From Acutalibacteraceae bacterium (GTDB taxonomy: Bacteria; Bacillota; Clostridia; Oscillospirales; Acutalibacteraceae), in NCBI GenBank assembly GCA_045648125.1, contig JAZRNJ010000275.1, forward strand, positions 1 through 33,378: a stretch of 33,378 nucleotides of DNA, read 5' to 3'. The notes beneath the pieces were generated by a model, which was not told the origin of the DNA, made no database searches, and saw nothing but the letters and a program-made list of their open reading frames with translations. Positions 31,763-33,378 of this stretch are shown here, piece after piece (positions within the stretch are counted from its first letter, which is position 1; the number at the start of each line of letters is the position of its first letter). The translations under genes were made by a program, and so were the position numbers.

Positions 31763-32460
31763 ACAAATTTACATTTAATGGGATTTCAAGTGAAGATTTT
31801 GGTCTTTATGTATCAAAAAAGAACATTTTTTCTACTCCTGCAAGAAAAGGTAAGTTGATAAGTGTTCCTGGAAGAAACGGAGACATTATTGAAGATGATG
31901 AAAGTTTTGAAAATGTTCCCATTTCCTATACTGTAGGGCTCAAAAACATTACATCGGTTATTTCGGATGTGAACGGTTGGTTGTGTAAAGACGGCGGTTA
32001 TTTCAGGTTGTCAGATACATATCAACCAGGATATTTCAGAATGGCCTGTCATAGGTCAGCGACAAATGTTAATGAAATGCTACAGAATGTAGGAACGGCA
32101 CAAATTCTGTTCAGTTGTAAACCTTTCAGATATTCAGAAATTGGACAACAGGCAACCACTTTTACAAGCAGTGGCTATATTGAAAATCCAGAAGAATTTG
32201 AATCCGAGCCTTTGATTAGGATATACGGTTCAGGTAATGTAACTTTACAAATCAATGGTGATGCCTTTCTTGTTAAAAACATATCATCATACATTGATAT
32301 AGACTCTGAACTGATGGCTTGTTATTATGGAAACACGTTGAAGAACAGTAGTATCGGCTTTGCTTCTTTTCCAATTCTGCAAAGCGGTTCGAATAGAATA
32401 GCGTGGTCAGGTGGTACTGTTTCAAAGGTTGAGGTTACTCCTCGTTGGAGAACTATTTAA
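31759..32460 (+). CDS. Distal tail protein (Dit; Sipho_tail family)
   Basis: MNKFTFNGISSEDFGLYV..SVPGRNGDI is the typical N-terminus. ATGA overlap with the TMP gene. Confidence 0.8.
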   Translation: MNKFTFNGISSEDFGLYVSKKNIFSTPARKGKLISVPGRNGDIIEDDESFENVPISYTVGLKNITSVISDVNGWLCKDGGYFRLSDTYQPGYFRMACHRSATNVNEMLQNVGTAQILFSCKPFRYSEIGQQATTFTSSGYIENPEEFESEPLIRIYGSGNVTLQINGDAFLVKNISSYIDIDSELMACYYGNTLKNSSIGFASFPILQSGSNRIAWSGGTVSKVEVTPRWRTI

Positions 32461-32471
32461 GGAGAAATATT

Positions 32472-33378
32472 ATGATTCCGATTTTAAAAGATAAAAACGA
32501 AAACATTTTACATTTCCTTAAAGACTCTATTTCCTGCGAAGTTACAGAGGAAAGAAATGGTGTTTTTGAACTTTCAATGACTTACCCTGTTAAGGGGCAA
32601 GGCTATGCGGATTTGAAAGAAAGTAATCTTATATTTGCAAAACCGAATGATACTTCTGAAAATCAGCTTTTCAGTATTTATGAGATTTCAAAACCGATAT
32701 CAGGGATTGTAACTGTTAAAGCAGAGCATATTTCTTATGCTACATCACATTATCCAATAGTTTCTGTTGAAAAAAGTAATGTTTCTGCTTCATCTGCACT
32801 GTCTTTTTTGACCAGCGGTGCAGTGGGAAACACCAAATTTACACAGGTGACAAGTGATATTGCGACACTTAAAAGCATTTCGTATAAGGCTTGTTCCCTG
32901 CGTGCGGCTTTTGGCGGGAAGGAAGGGTCAATTCTTGATTTGTATGGTGGAGAGTTTGAGTTTGATAATAGAAAAACCATACTTCACAAAAACAGGGGCA
33001 AAGATACTGGGGTTATTATTTCTTATGGTAAAAACCTTATAGACCTGAAATGTATTACATCAAAGGAAAATTCGTATACCGCTATTTTTCCTTATTATCT
33101 GAAGGATGATGTTTATATCACTCTGACAGAGCAAACAATCAGCGTTACAAATTCTTCAGGTATCGAGGAAAGGATTCTTCTGAAGGATTTCACGGCAGAG
33201 TTTAGTGATGATGAATCTCCAACAGAAACTTTGTTACGTACAAAAACAAATTCCTGGCTTGCGGAAAATGATATAAACTCTCTTTCGATAAACCTCATAG
33301 TTGGTTTTCAGCATTTGTGGCAGTCGCCTGAATACAAAAATGTTCAGGCTCTTGAAAAGGTTTCTCTCTGTGATACAG
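32472..33378 (+). CDS. Tail-associated lysin / prophage tail endopeptidase (Tal), N-terminal part, continues beyond the window
   Basis: Absent from the ORF track because there is no stop in the window. GGAGAAATATT then ATG 32472, encoding MIPILKDKNENILHFLKDSISCEVTEERNGVFELSMTYP..NQLFSIYEISKPISGIVTVKAEHISY, a Prophage_tail-type pattern. Confidence 0.8.
   Translation, partial: MIPILKDKNENILHFLKDSISCEVTEERNGVFELSMTYPVKGQGYADLKESNLIFAKPNDTSENQLFSIYEISKPISGIVTVKAEHISYATSHYPIVSVEKSNVSASSALSFLTSGAVGNTKFTQVTSDIATLKSISYKACSLRAAFGGKEGSILDLYGGEFEFDNRKTILHKNRGKDTGVIISYGKNLIDLKCITSKENSYTAIFPYYLKDDVYITLTEQTISVTNSSGIEERILLKDFTAEFSDDESPTETLLRTKTNSWLAENDINSLSINLIVGFQHLWQSPEYKNVQALEKVSLCDT

Larger units (their letters stand above)
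4928..33378. mobile_element. Integrated HK97-like siphoviral prophage (one junction at about 4927/4928; far end beyond the window)
   Basis: Integrase next to a tRNA fragment, a lysogeny switch, replication genes, and the series HNH-terS-terL-portal-ClpP protease-HK97 capsid-tail-TMP-Dit-Tal. Confidence 0.9.

Noticed and set aside
4928-33378. Alternative genetic code or stop-codon reassignment in the phage
   Set aside because: Only one gene has an in-frame stop. All large genes (terL, portal, capsid, TMP and others) are intact under the standard bacterial code.

Overview
AT-rich, Firmicutes/Clostridia-like chromosome segment. Positions 1-4867 carry host genes, all on the minus strand: a secreted Big_2 protein, a cation:proton antiporter, a Gfo/Idh/MocA oxidoreductase and a stand-alone 2-oxoacid acyltransferase catalytic-domain protein. 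At 4868-4927 there is a 60-nt 3' fragment of tRNA-Ser(GGA), running from the anticodon loop to CCA with no 5' half, directly next to a tyrosine integrase. I read this as one att junction of an integrated HK97-like siphoviral prophage that fills the rest of the window (4928-33378; the other junction is outside it). Prophage gene order: int; a membrane-anchored accessory protein; ImmA protease, XRE repressor and a Cro-like switch with clear promoters and operators; an Xis-like HTH protein; early/replication genes (3D-domain protein, NinB-like plus HNH-like pair, SSB, replication initiator with internal iterons, DUF3846 protein, ParB-like protein); many small ORFs; a putative late regulator; a reverse-strand moron; then HNH, terS, [3.5 kb insertion], terL, portal, ClpP-type protease, HK97 capsid, connectors, major tail, G/GT chaperones, tape measure, Dit and Tal (partial). 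No known defence system, CRISPR array, rRNA or intact tRNA is recognisable. The most unusual observations are: (1) a tail-fibre/receptor-binding-like cassette (BppU-like fibre, DUF285/BspA-type LRR protein, a 99-aa protein, an XkdX-like micro-ORF) between terS and terL; (2) a reverse-strand cassette in which a perfect consensus promoter drives a 29-aa hydrophobic peptide followed by an RHH protein, bracketed by opposite-strand promoters and terminators in a type I toxin-antitoxin-like layout; (3) a conserved element of about 40-70 nt in the same orientation upstream of both int and the Xis-like gene; (4) five phased iterons inside the replication initiator gene; (5) several recoding or disruption candidates (in-frame TAA, A-run frameshift, ATC start). 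All product calls come from reading motifs by eye; no database search was run.
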